Positions 35,740 through 45,165 are shown, counted from the stretch's first letter. The stretch is 64,000 bases of DNA from a virus (IMGVR_UViG_3300035502_001274:32001-96000); one strand, 5' to 3'. Numbers and translations: made by a program. Notes: a model not told the origin generated them from the sequence alone.

Positions 35740-36230
35740 GGACCAGCCGCCCTGACGGCATTTCACAAGAGAATAGAAGTCATTCTTTTTTCATCATTCT
35801 GCGTAATGTAGCGGAAGATCAGAAGAAGGTTTCGGCCAACAGCATGAAACTGCTGGTCAAAGATTGCATCTTGGAGACCATCATCCCCATCGTTCTTTTT
35901 TGGGTCATCAATCCCCTGAGCTGGTTCACCTACGTCATGATGTTTTTCTATCTCATGTATATGGTCTTCCACTTCATGCAGCGTTATGGCGAACTGAAGG
36001 ATATTGTGGCAGTTTGCTGCTTCAATGAAGTGGATCACATCATCTATTCCAATGATTATCAGTATCAAGAACTCAGCGTCATGGAACTCACCAACATGAT
36101 GAATGACGCTTTCAGAGTGATTGGAAGGCTGGATGACTTTGACGTGGTGGTAGAGAAAGACCGAGGTATGATCTCATGCCTGGCGCTCTTCTTTGCCGTC
36201 GCCATTGTGTTACTCCGGTTCTTCGCATAA
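35736..36230 (+). CDS. Putative membrane protein
   Basis: Two to three hydrophobic segments. Confidence 0.7.
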   Translation: MRTSRPDGISQENRSHSFFIILRNVAEDQKKVSANSMKLLVKDCILETIIPIVLFWVINPLSWFTYVMMFFYLMYMVFHFMQRYGELKDIVAVCCFNEVDHIIYSNDYQYQELSVMELTNMMNDAFRVIGRLDDFDVVVEKDRGMISCLALFFAVAIVLLRFFA

Positions 36231-36242
36231 GGAGAGAAAGCT

Positions 36243-36980
36243 ATGTATAATGGAATCAAGAATCAAACCGACCTGGAGAAAGGGAGAGCTGCTGGAGGTA
36301 TGTCCACGCCCCGTGGATTCAAGCCGGCGCATCTGCCAGGTGAAGGCCAGGTCATTCCCCACAGCGATAAACCCGTGAAGGTTTACAAGCCATTTCATGG
36401 GCAGGGCATGGGGCCCATCTACAACCTGCCACAGACGACTCGCTTCTACGATCTGCTGGTCAATCCTGATTTGGAAGGCCTGCGTTATGAGTCCTTTGAA
36501 GATTGGACATTCCCCATTCTGACTGAGCAGGATAACCAGTGGCGGGCCAATCCTGTTCGCAATATTCACAGAGGAAGTATGCGGGTTTCCGACGCTCCCT
36601 CTCAGATCACCGAGAATACACTGACACAGTATCTCTACGTCGTCCTGAACCCCAGTAGACATCTGGTGCAGAGCTTTGGAGAGTTTCCCGGCTCTGTCAT
36701 GCGGGCATCTGACTACCTGGTGTGCGTAGAGGTTGGCAATCCCGTCTCAGGAAGACTGGATGCGGCTTTCATTCAATATGCATTGCCGCTCAATAAGCCG
36801 GTACGGGACTGCATCCAGCTTGCTACCGTCGTTCCCACTGGCGGGAGCTACACCTATCTCTATAAGATCGTGGGTGATGGCGAACTGGAGAAGGACATCT
36901 TTGATCGCTGGTTTAATTCCGGTGATTACTACTTCAACTCTGTCATCTATCCCAAGGTCAGAGGATTTGGCGACAGGTAA
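36243..36980 (+). CDS. Hypothetical protein
   Basis: 245 aa, AAGGAG SD. Confidence 0.75.
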   Translation: MYNGIKNQTDLEKGRAAGGMSTPRGFKPAHLPGEGQVIPHSDKPVKVYKPFHGQGMGPIYNLPQTTRFYDLLVNPDLEGLRYESFEDWTFPILTEQDNQWRANPVRNIHRGSMRVSDAPSQITENTLTQYLYVVLNPSRHLVQSFGEFPGSVMRASDYLVCVEVGNPVSGRLDAAFIQYALPLNKPVRDCIQLATVVPTGGSYTYLYKIVGDGELEKDIFDRWFNSGDYYFNSVIYPKVRGFGDR

Positions 36981-37059
36981 GTACCATGACAGGGAAGACC
37001 TTTTAGAAAGGCCTTCCCTGGATTTTTCATCATGTATGCGTCGGGATTTCATGGGCTAA

Positions 37060-37071
37060 AACAAGGCCTTA
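37060..37071 (+). promoter_or_regulatory. Putative late promoter AACA-N6-TA
   Basis: AACAaggcctTA upstream of 37120. Confidence 0.6.
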
Positions 37072-37119
37072 ATCATGATAATCCACGGAGATTGACTCGA
37101 GAAGTGAGGTGAATTTGAA

Positions 37120-37800
37120 GTGGATCTACCTGGTATTGTGTATGAAGGCGGTATTGAGAAGACCATCTCCTCGGATGATACGTCGGAGATCATCATGATG
37201 TATAAGCCGAGAGAGTTTTTCAGCGATGCCAATGCATACACCAAGTTCGTGAAGAGTGTGGAACGTGTCGTTCGACATTCTGACGACTATAAGGCCTTTG
37301 TGAACTGGATAAAGAACGTGCTTGGGATGAACTTCTGTCAAGTTTCTTCCAAGATCGTGGAAGGTGATGCTACCATTGAGATGCATCATGGTCCAATCTT
37401 TACCCTGTTTGACTACTGTGCCATTGTCCTGAATGATGCGATCATGAGAGGCGAGAAGATTTCCACTTTTCGCATCGCCGAAAGAGTCATACAGGAGCAC
37501 TTTGAACTGAGAGTTCAGGTTGTCATGCTTGCCAAGACCAATCACGAGGCGATCACCAACAGAGATCTCTTCCTGAATGTGCGGCAGGGCGTGGGTAACG
37601 TGGACGCCTTTATCAAGAAATATGCGCATGCTCTGGACGATGAGCAGAAGTACAAGATCTGGAGCTACATCAACTTCTCCAAGGTGAATGAAACATTTGA
37701 CACCGGCATCTTGGACGCACCCAGTATCACCAAGATGATCAAGCAAGCAGAGAAGAACTCTGCTTCTTATTCTTCTCTCGACAGAGATGACTTCGACTAA
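37120..37800 (+). CDS. Jumbo-phage protein with an HNH-like motif (paralog of 56872-57648)
   Basis: KFVKSVERVVRHSDDYKAF...C...IEMHHGP...LAKTNHE. Confidence 0.6.
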   Translation: MDLPGIVYEGGIEKTISSDDTSEIIMMYKPREFFSDANAYTKFVKSVERVVRHSDDYKAFVNWIKNVLGMNFCQVSSKIVEGDATIEMHHGPIFTLFDYCAIVLNDAIMRGEKISTFRIAERVIQEHFELRVQVVMLAKTNHEAITNRDLFLNVRQGVGNVDAFIKKYAHALDDEQKYKIWSYINFSKVNETFDTGILDAPSITKMIKQAEKNSASYSSLDRDDFD

Positions 37801-37851
37801 AATTTATAAATGACCCTTTCCCTGCCAATTTGTCAGGGGGGGGAGGTATTT

Positions 37852-38313
37852 ATGGACAGAATTGCTGAAATGAGCAACATGATTGCTATGGAGGGCTTGC
37901 TGGACAAGTTCCGCAAACCCAAGACCCTGGAGCAGATTCATAGCGAACTGGAAAAGTTGGCTCGTGACATGCAAGGTGATTTGCGTGCAATCTTCAAGAA
38001 TTACGACTTCTTTAAGAAAGACGATGGCACCATCGTCCATTTCTTTCAAGGCGAAGAAGGCTTCAAACGGACTTGCGATGGTGACTACTGCACCGTCGAA
38101 TTCCGCTGGGAGCTTCTCTTCGATGATGGATATACGTCCGATGACGTCGATAAGATCCTGAAGGATGTTGAGCCTAAGCTGGATAAAGTTGGCGCTAAGT
38201 ACGATAAACGCGCGAAAGCCATTTATCCCAAGTGCTGGATCGACTGCCTGAAGGACGACTTTACCGCACAATTCATCAATTTCCGAGATAAGTGGCTCGA
38301 CGAAGACCAATAA
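37852..38313 (+). CDS. Putative internal head protein with an N-terminal AME|G leader
   Basis: ATG at 37852 after GGAGGT; begins MDRIAEMSNMIAMEGLLDKFRKPK. Confidence 0.7.
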   Translation: MDRIAEMSNMIAMEGLLDKFRKPKTLEQIHSELEKLARDMQGDLRAIFKNYDFFKKDDGTIVHFFQGEEGFKRTCDGDYCTVEFRWELLFDDGYTSDDVDKILKDVEPKLDKVGAKYDKRAKAIYPKCWIDCLKDDFTAQFINFRDKWLDEDQ

Positions 38314-38355
38314 TTTATTCGCCCTCTCCGATTTCATCGGGGGGGGGAGGTATTT

Positions 38356-38907
38356 ATGGACAATTTTGCTGAAATGAGCAACTTTATTGCCATGGAGGGG
38401 CTCTTGCAGAGTATCAAAGAGCGCATCCATGGCAAGAAAGCCGCCAAATCGGAGCAACCTAAGGTTGACCCTCAGATTGAGCAGCTTTATCAAACTCAGT
38501 ATAAGCCCAAGATTGAAGCATTGGGCAAGACCTTGGCCAACGCTGTCAAATCAATGATGGGCAATTGGGATCATCTTGAGATCGCCGTCCGCGACTCAGA
38601 TCCCGATCTTGGTATCATGGACGATGGTTCTTATATCGTCGCCGTATACCTGTGGCAGTCATACTATGGCCCCGATGGCGACATCCCGCAGTTTTCTGAA
38701 AGGGAGCAAGCCAGGCGCAACGATGATGACAACGGTAAAATCTGCGCGATGGACCTTTGTGAGTCCAACTTCAATAGACTCAAGAGCACATTCGATGCTC
38801 GAGTAAAGGAGATCCATCCCAAAGCGTCCATCGTCGTCGGTACCGATGATATCGACTATCTTGCTATTAACTTTAATAAAGAATGGCTTAAGGACGCCAC
38901 TAAATAA
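38356..38907 (+). CDS. Putative internal head protein with an N-terminal AME|G leader
   Basis: Begins MDNFAEMSNFIAMEGLLQSIKERIHGKK; leader DNA is shared with the previous gene. Confidence 0.7.
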   Translation: MDNFAEMSNFIAMEGLLQSIKERIHGKKAAKSEQPKVDPQIEQLYQTQYKPKIEALGKTLANAVKSMMGNWDHLEIAVRDSDPDLGIMDDGSYIVAVYLWQSYYGPDGDIPQFSEREQARRNDDDNGKICAMDLCESNFNRLKSTFDARVKEIHPKASIVVGTDDIDYLAINFNKEWLKDATK

Positions 38908-38928
38908 ACGCAGAGATTTAGTAGTCCT

Positions 38929-38940
38929 CACAATATCTTA
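38929..38940 (+). promoter_or_regulatory. Putative late promoter CACA-N6-TA
   Basis: CACAatatctTAatcg. Confidence 0.55.
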
Positions 38941-39025
38941 ATCGAGAAAATACGTTAAGTGATCTGCACATCTATCTCACAATCTAGCAGATCATTGTAT
39001 TCCTTAGAAAGTGAGGTCATTTACA

Positions 39026-40516
39026 ATGGCTAATAGATTCCTCGATAGCCTGTGTGCTGCTCTGGAAAATGAGGAGCCCACGGACGATATCCTGAAGGAT
39101 GTTGGTCAGGCCGGCTCTCCCGATCTGCCCACCCAGAAGGAAGCAAATGACCCTGACGGCAATCCGGACTCCCCGGGCGATAACGACGGCAACCCCGTTG
39201 GCAAAGATGACCCCGATCGCAGTCCTGAAGGTGCCGATCTGCCGGCCGAGAAGGATGCCAATGATCCCAGCGGCAATCCTGATTCTCCCGGCGATGAAAA
39301 TGGAAATCCTGCTCCCGCTTCGGAGTCTGCCATCGATGGCGCTGCCATGGAGCTCTTTGGTAAAGCCAATATTGAACGTACCAAGGACATGAACGTCGAT
39401 GATGTGGTGAAGAAGTTCGTGGAGATGACCAAGGACCAGAATCATTACGATTCTTCTCCCGATGCCACCAATCGGCTGAAGGAGTCCATGAACCAGTATA
39501 ACGAGCAGTACGGCGAGAAGACGGCTATGACCTTGCGTTTCAAGACATATGCCGGCGTTCCCTGCCTGCTGAGCGTTGAGACCAGCAATAACAACGTTGT
39601 CGATGTCCAGTTCGCCATTCCCAATGCGCATAAGTATCGTGCTTTCAGCATGAATGCCATCCGCAAGGCAGTTGGCAAGGACATCAAGAAGAATACCGCC
39701 GCCAATCCCGCGCCTGCCTCCGAGATGGAAGGATTCTCAGAGGATACCCTGACTGGTCTGAAGGGTGAAGTGGAGCTGCATAAGAGCCACAACCTGATCG
39801 AGACAAAGCAGGCAAAGGATGCGAAGGATCCTTCTGGCAACACCGGCGACCCCGCGGCCAACGGTCAGCGGACGAGTACGCCCACCGGTATCAAAGACGC
39901 CACTCTGGACAAGTTTGTCAACGACAGCTATGACAAGAGCGGCAATACTGGTGATCCCTCAAGCGTCAACGGCACTCCCGTGTCGAAGAGCGGCGATTCC
40001 AAGGAACTCGGCAAGAATTCTTGGGAGAAAGCCGCCGATGATAAAGATGGAAATCCCGACAGCCCTGGCGTGAACGGCGACCCGGCTCCCTCCTTTGATT
40101 CTTTCATCGCTGCGTGTGAGCAGTTGGTGATCGGAGACCAGCTCGGCACCGTGATTGTACCCGAATCCATGTCCCTTGAGAGCTATGCCATGGAGCTCGG
40201 TATGGGTGAGATTGCTTCCAGAGCTATGGAAGCCCGCCTGACTGCAGCGGAGAAAAACGCTCTCAAAGACTCCGACTTCGGCCTTCCCAGCGAGCGCAAG
40301 TGGCCCCTGCATGACGAAAGCCATGTCCGGTCTGCCATTCAGAACTTCCATTGGTGCCCCAAGGAGAAACAGCGTGAACTGGCCAAGAACATCCTGAAAG
40401 CCATGCGCAAGTTTGGCATGAAGGATCTCGAGGTCAGCCAAGGCAATCCCTTTGCGGCCTACTATCCGGAAGCGAAGATCGTGCCTCGTAAGAAACCTGA
40501 AAAGAAGGCTCAGTGA
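39026..40516 (+). CDS. Virion head protein with D/P/G/N repeats, A-x-E sites and a C-terminal DUF6582-like domain
   Basis: DP(D/S)GNPDSPG repeats; AAME, SLES, YAME and RAME sites; LKDSDFGLPSERKWPLHDESHVRSAI resembles DUF6582. Confidence 0.6.
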   Translation: MANRFLDSLCAALENEEPTDDILKDVGQAGSPDLPTQKEANDPDGNPDSPGDNDGNPVGKDDPDRSPEGADLPAEKDANDPSGNPDSPGDENGNPAPASESAIDGAAMELFGKANIERTKDMNVDDVVKKFVEMTKDQNHYDSSPDATNRLKESMNQYNEQYGEKTAMTLRFKTYAGVPCLLSVETSNNNVVDVQFAIPNAHKYRAFSMNAIRKAVGKDIKKNTAANPAPASEMEGFSEDTLTGLKGEVELHKSHNLIETKQAKDAKDPSGNTGDPAANGQRTSTPTGIKDATLDKFVNDSYDKSGNTGDPSSVNGTPVSKSGDSKELGKNSWEKAADDKDGNPDSPGVNGDPAPSFDSFIAACEQLVIGDQLGTVIVPESMSLESYAMELGMGEIASRAMEARLTAAEKNALKDSDFGLPSERKWPLHDESHVRSAIQNFHWCPKEKQRELAKNILKAMRKFGMKDLEVSQGNPFAAYYPEAKIVPRKKPEKKAQ

Positions 40517-40635
40517 TTCGTCACTGCGGCTCCATTTCGTAAGGTTTTAAGGGAAGGTAACCAACGGTTAATTTTGACCGTCCAAGGGAATCATACACCT
40601 GAAAATCTTCGAAACGGAGAAGGAGGCAATTTCGC

Positions 40636-41475
40636 ATGGACTTCGAACGCCGTCTTATTACGAAGAACGTCATTTTTGACGCTCCTCAAAAGATTACGCC
40701 GAAGGGAATCATCATTTACTCATCCGGGTTCCCCATTTACCGCCAAGCTTTGTATAAGCTTTACAACCGTCCAGATTACAGAGCCTCAGTGCACGCTCTT
40801 ATTGATGATGACGGTATCACCCAGACGCTGCCTCTCCACTGGAAAGGCTGGCACTCTGGCACTGGTATCGGCAACTTCGGATATCTGGGTGTGGTGGTTT
40901 GTGAACCCAATCCAACACGCAAGAATTATCTCGCACTGAGAGATTCTACGCGCAATAATCTGGTGCAATATTTAGTGTTTCTATGCAGGTATTGGGCTGT
41001 AGAGCCCGTGAACGTATGCAACGTTATCCAGTTTGCAGGGACTGCCTCTCGAAACCACATCGTTGCATCAGAGATGCTGAAGTCATGCCAGAATCACCAA
41101 AGCTATTTCGGTAGAGTTCCTGGTGATGCTGAATCAGACGATGAAGCATATTGTAACGAGAATTCCATAATTACAGAGGTGAAACAGACTCTGGAACAGC
41201 TTGCCATTCTGTATGGAGATGTAAGGCACGCCACCGAAACGCCGTTGACGCAGATAGGGGTTGGTGACATTGTCCTCTTTACAGGTGGCGACCTGTTTAC
41301 TACACGTGGCAGCTCCACAAGAGAAACCTACGATAAGCGCATGCAGCATGGTATCGTCATCGAGACGGCACCTGCATCCAGGCATGCCTATCAGGTCGCG
41401 TTTCCGAGTGGTTCCACCGCTTGGGTGAATAAGAGCGCCTTGGTGCGATCGACCCTCGGGCACGTAAGTTTTTGA
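40636..41475 (+). CDS. Amidase_2/PGRP-like protein with a degenerate active site and a C-terminal cell-wall-binding-like domain
   Basis: PKGIIIYSS, ASVHALID, QTLP...GWHSG..GN..YLGVVVCE. The His ligand position is Tyr and the catalytic Glu position is Val. Confidence 0.7.
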   Translation: MDFERRLITKNVIFDAPQKITPKGIIIYSSGFPIYRQALYKLYNRPDYRASVHALIDDDGITQTLPLHWKGWHSGTGIGNFGYLGVVVCEPNPTRKNYLALRDSTRNNLVQYLVFLCRYWAVEPVNVCNVIQFAGTASRNHIVASEMLKSCQNHQSYFGRVPGDAESDDEAYCNENSIITEVKQTLEQLAILYGDVRHATETPLTQIGVGDIVLFTGGDLFTTRGSSTRETYDKRMQHGIVIETAPASRHAYQVAFPSGSTAWVNKSALVRSTLGHVSF

Positions 41476-41627
41476 TTAGTCGGGGAAACTCGACAGTCGT
41501 TCCTCATTGGATGAAGTAGATTGAGCTGCGGTCTACTTCATCCGATGCTTAATTCGTTTCCTGTCTGCCCACGCCAATAAAATACAAAAAAGAGGCAAGA
41601 AAGAAGCCAGCGCCCTTTCGGGCGCCA

Positions 41628-41700
41628 GCCACCCAGCCGGACTCGAACCGACGACCTTCAGTTTATTAGACTGACGCTCTACCAACTGAGCTATGGTCTT
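41628..41700 (-). tRNA. tRNA-like RNA, anticodon AAT (Ile), with a defective acceptor stem
   Basis: D-arm TAGCTCAGTTGGTAGAGC, anticodon arm TCAGT-CTAATAA-ACTGA, T-arm GTCGG-TTCGAGT-CCGGC. Acceptor AAGACCA/TGGGTGG pairs at only about 4/7. No CCA. Confidence 0.7.
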
Positions 41701-41714
41701 TTTCTTTCTCATAA

Positions 41715-41726
41715 AAATGATATATG
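41715..41726 (-). promoter_or_regulatory. Putative early promoter CATATATCATTT driving the tRNA-like RNA
   Basis: Identical to the motif at 30357-30368; lies about 15 nt upstream of the tRNA-like body. Confidence 0.55.
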
Positions 41727-41844
41727 CGTTAAAGTATAGAAAATACGGGAAGTTTTAAAGTGCTGATTTATGGACCCATGACCAATATCATAAAAGGTCA
41801 GGATCTATAAATCAGCATTTTATCTCAAGGAGGAATATCCGATC

Positions 41845-42411
41845 ATGCTTGGTAAAAGATTACTCGTAATTGATAAGCTGGTTCTCGCTGTGCCCGACAG
41901 TATCCCTAGCAAAGATGGGCGCGAAGAACTGACCATTGATGACATGCTGGAATGGCTGCTGCGGTATCGCAAGACGGCCGACGCTGTCACCCAGAATAAC
42001 CGCTATGGAAACTTCCGCTACTTCAGCGCCGATATCCCCAAGGGCGCCAATCCCAACGATGAATCCACCTATAACATGCAGACCATCCTGGACTATCTCT
42101 CCGAGTCTCCTGAGAAGCATGTCGGCGGCATGATGACCGCTCTCGTCTATGACGACGAGCTGAAGTCTTATCGCAATGCCTACACGCTGGACGAGGACGA
42201 AGAGTTCCAGGAGAGAAAGGCCCAGCTGCTGGAGCAGCGCGCTCGTGAAGCACAAGCTACCGCCGAAGCTGGCTTTGATTACGACAGGGCTTCTGAAGAT
42301 CCCGATGCCGGCACTGCATGTGAAGGATGTGAAGAGCTCTGCGGGGAAACTTGCCCCGACGAAGGTCGAGAGGAGGACGATGGCAATGAAGCTGCATCTG
42401 ATGCAGAATGA
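41845..42411 (+). CDS. Hypothetical protein with an acidic, Cys-containing tail
   Basis: 188 aa, AAGGAGG SD, CEGCEELCGETCP near the C-terminus. Confidence 0.75.
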   Translation: MLGKRLLVIDKLVLAVPDSIPSKDGREELTIDDMLEWLLRYRKTADAVTQNNRYGNFRYFSADIPKGANPNDESTYNMQTILDYLSESPEKHVGGMMTALVYDDELKSYRNAYTLDEDEEFQERKAQLLEQRAREAQATAEAGFDYDRASEDPDAGTACEGCEELCGETCPDEGREEDDGNEAASDAE

Positions 42412-43186
42412 TAACATCATTCACACCTATGACATTCCCATCTTTGGCGAAGAGAGCGACAGTGAGAAGACTCTGAAGAAGTTGCGCAATATCTGGCGCG
42501 ACGCCTGCAACTTCCGGGATAATGTGGACGGCGTTGTCCGTCTCAATTTCCGTGGAGAAGTGGATGCCGCCGGCAAGGAAGCCATTGCTGTGGGCATGAA
42601 TATTGGCCAGTTTGCCAAGATTCTGAGCTACTACGTCAATGCTTACCTCCCCAAGACCGAAGGAGCAGCCGCTGTGAAGAGCATCTTTGCAGAGGAGCCT
42701 GGTCTGAGCCTGGATACGACGCTGGACTGGATCCAGCATACTGGCGAAGTGAAGAACTTCGCCATGGGCAAATATGGCGTCTTCAACTTCCATTTCTATC
42801 CGCCGATGGAGTGGGCCAAGTACAGCATGACCACCATCGCCGGCGCGGCCAGCTTCATGCCGTTCGAGATCCAGGATTACAGTGTCATCTGCAATGCCAT
42901 CACCAAATGTCCCAAGGGAGCTCGTCCGATGGTGTGGCTTAATCCCACCATCATCCAGGCTTTCTGCGAAACGGCAGAGTGTGACATTGATTACGCCAAG
43001 ATGCAGGCTTACGTCTCTTCTTTTGTGATCATTGCAGCTCTGGAGAATGATGGGACCATTGATGATGCGATGGTTACCCAGCTCTGGGAATCTCTGCGGA
43101 ACTTCTGTGAAGATGACTGCAGCATTGAGATGTTGCAAGGTCTTTATGACAGCGCAGAGACGCTTCTTCACACAGTTCTCAAATAA
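42386..43186 (+). CDS. Hypothetical protein
   Basis: ATG at 42386 (or 42380) after AGGAGG; the ORF-track N-terminus overlaps the previous gene. Confidence 0.75.
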   Translation: MKLHLMQNDNIIHTYDIPIFGEESDSEKTLKKLRNIWRDACNFRDNVDGVVRLNFRGEVDAAGKEAIAVGMNIGQFAKILSYYVNAYLPKTEGAAAVKSIFAEEPGLSLDTTLDWIQHTGEVKNFAMGKYGVFNFHFYPPMEWAKYSMTTIAGAASFMPFEIQDYSVICNAITKCPKGARPMVWLNPTIIQAFCETAECDIDYAKMQAYVSSFVIIAALENDGTIDDAMVTQLWESLRNFCEDDCSIEMLQGLYDSAETLLHTVLK

Positions 43187-43269
43187 AATAAGAAATTATG
43201 GACGATTGCTTAACGTATTTAGCAGTCGTCCATTCTTTCACCCAGGGCGACAGATTTAGGAGGGTCTAG

Positions 43270-43461
43270 ATGGAATTCACCTGCATTTGGTATAACATGG
43301 ACCAAGAAGTCAAGAGGGACATCATTGAAGCCAAAGATTCCGAAGAGGCCAGCGCCAAAGTCTACAGCTTATATGGCGGAAACCCGCCCGCGCCTGCATT
43401 GAGCATCATGGCCAGCAGCGGCCGATGCGATATTGGTGGGTATTTCAACTCACGTTGGTAA
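43270..43461 (+). CDS. Small hypothetical protein
   Basis: 63 aa, AGGAGG SD. Confidence 0.65.
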   Translation: MEFTCIWYNMDQEVKRDIIEAKDSEEASAKVYSLYGGNPPAPALSIMASSGRCDIGGYFNSRW

Positions 43462-43474
43462 GGAGAATATTCTC

Positions 43475-43885
43475 ATGACATTTCTCAACGTATTGGGAGC
43501 ATCCTTTGCCATTGGCATTGTGATTCTCCTTGTATTGATGGCATATCGCACTTTTGATAATTGGGCCAATAGAAAGACCCGGCAGAAGGAGATGCTTCTG
43601 CAAAATCACATGTCCATTGAAGAACTTCTGGTATCACTGGAATTCATTCTCAAGACCGAGATGGATCTCTATGAGAAGATGATGGCCAACACAAGCGACG
43701 TGGATTTGACCAATCTCCAGAATTCAGAGTTCAATAGCATCTACCAGAGCTTATCCATGCAATGTCTCAAAGCAGTCTCACCACAATTCTGGGAACTGAT
43801 CGAGATTTACATGGACAGAGAAGCCGTTCAGACCTACATCACACAGCGGGTCTATAACTATCTGGCTGATAAGGTCAGAGAATGA
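43475..43885 (+). CDS. Membrane-anchored hypothetical protein
   Basis: ATG at 43475 after AAGGAG; N-terminal transmembrane helix. Confidence 0.7.
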   Translation: MTFLNVLGASFAIGIVILLVLMAYRTFDNWANRKTRQKEMLLQNHMSIEELLVSLEFILKTEMDLYEKMMANTSDVDLTNLQNSEFNSIYQSLSMQCLKAVSPQFWELIEIYMDREAVQTYITQRVYNYLADKVRE

Positions 43886-43930
43886 GAGATATGACAGATG
43901 ACATGAATTTCGTGTCATCTGTCATATCTC
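43886..43930. terminator. Long stem-loop
   Basis: GAGATATGACAGATGACA / TGTCATCTGTCATATCTC. Confidence 0.75.
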
Positions 43931-43964
43931 AAACTTCCATGTAACTCACTTAAGGAGGACCAAG

Positions 43965-44747
43965 ATGGCCAATTTACTGGGAGCCATGTATCAAGCGGCT
44001 CTTTCTAAGGTGAATGCAATCCGGATAAGCTGTCAAAGATTTACCCTCAGCGCTGATGCTGTCGATCATCTCTCCATTGACTATACGACGATCCCGATGA
44101 AGAAGGAATGTAATCAGGCCGTCGTCTATTACTCTGGGGAGACCATTGCAGCTTATCGTAAACTTCTCAATCTCTATGATAAGATCACCAATGACCAGTA
44201 TGTCGGTATGACAGAGGTGGGAGACCTCGTGACGACCTACATCAGCGGCTGGTCATCTCTGAAAATCATTACAGATCAGAATATTGCGCAGCTGGATGCC
44301 ATGATTGAAAGACGTCGTACCAAACTTACGCAGTACCATACGCTCTTTGATCAGGGCATGAGTGCTTTCAACGTCAAGAATGAAGCCATCGTGGAAATGG
44401 TTGACCATATCAACGTTCCACTGTATCATTACACCACAGAGTTTCCCTATCGTAAAGCATATGCGCATTTCTATAAGAGGCAAAGGGTCAATGAAAAACT
44501 GGTGCAAACGCATATTAACAATGACATTGATCTTCTGGATCAGCTTGCGGATCTTCTGGGCCTACTTTATGCAGGTTGGGAGAAAAGTGGCAAAGGCGAA
44601 GATTATGAACGCTATCGGGATCTGCAAAGACGTCTTATTGTCACGACGCAGAACCTCGCTGACGTACTGGAGCTCGATATTACACTCTACGAAAAATTCA
44701 CAAGACTGAATGAAACTGTCATCAACTTCAAGATCTATCCCAAATGA
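43965..44747 (+). CDS. Hypothetical helical protein
   Basis: 260 aa, AAGGAGG SD; a late-like AACT-N6-TA lies at 43932-43943. Confidence 0.75.
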   Translation: MANLLGAMYQAALSKVNAIRISCQRFTLSADAVDHLSIDYTTIPMKKECNQAVVYYSGETIAAYRKLLNLYDKITNDQYVGMTEVGDLVTTYISGWSSLKIITDQNIAQLDAMIERRRTKLTQYHTLFDQGMSAFNVKNEAIVEMVDHINVPLYHYTTEFPYRKAYAHFYKRQRVNEKLVQTHINNDIDLLDQLADLLGLLYAGWEKSGKGEDYERYRDLQRRLIVTTQNLADVLELDITLYEKFTRLNETVINFKIYPK

Positions 44748-44752
44748 CATCA

Positions 44753-44789
44753 AAAAACGAAGACTGCCAAAATGGCAGTCTTCGTTTTT
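44753..44789. terminator. Bidirectional terminator
   Basis: AAAAACGAAGACTGCCA / TGGCAGTCTTCGTTTTT between convergent genes. Confidence 0.8.
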
Positions 44790-45165
44790 ACATCTGGCCG
44801 ATATCTCCGCACTGCGGGCGCTTGTAGTTATCTCGGACCACCTGATAGTAGACCTTGTATGCAGCGGTGGAACCGCAAGATGCGGGATCCGCATACTGAA
44901 GGGTGAACACGTGGTCCACGGTCCTGAAATAGAAACTCACCGCGGAAGCGCATGGCAGATGCTTGGATTTATCCTCGAGCTCGGCTTGGAGCTGATCGAA
45001 GTCGTGCTTCTGGATGTCAAGCGCATCGTCAAAGCGGGCCTCAATGTACTCACGTACGACAGCATCGACGCCGTCATTGGACGCCTCGGCTACGGTCATG
45101 GCCAGTCTCGTTGCAAAGGGAATGATCTTCCGGCTAAATTCGGTCAGAATGTCAGTCGTTGTCAT
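44788..45165 (-). CDS. Hypothetical protein
   Basis: 125 aa, AAGGAG SD. Confidence 0.7.
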   Translation of the reverse strand: MTTTDILTEFSRKIIPFATRLAMTVAEASNDGVDAVVREYIEARFDDALDIQKHDFDQLQAELEDKSKHLPCASAVSFYFRTVDHVFTLQYADPASCGSTAAYKVYYQVVRDNYKRPQCGDIGQM

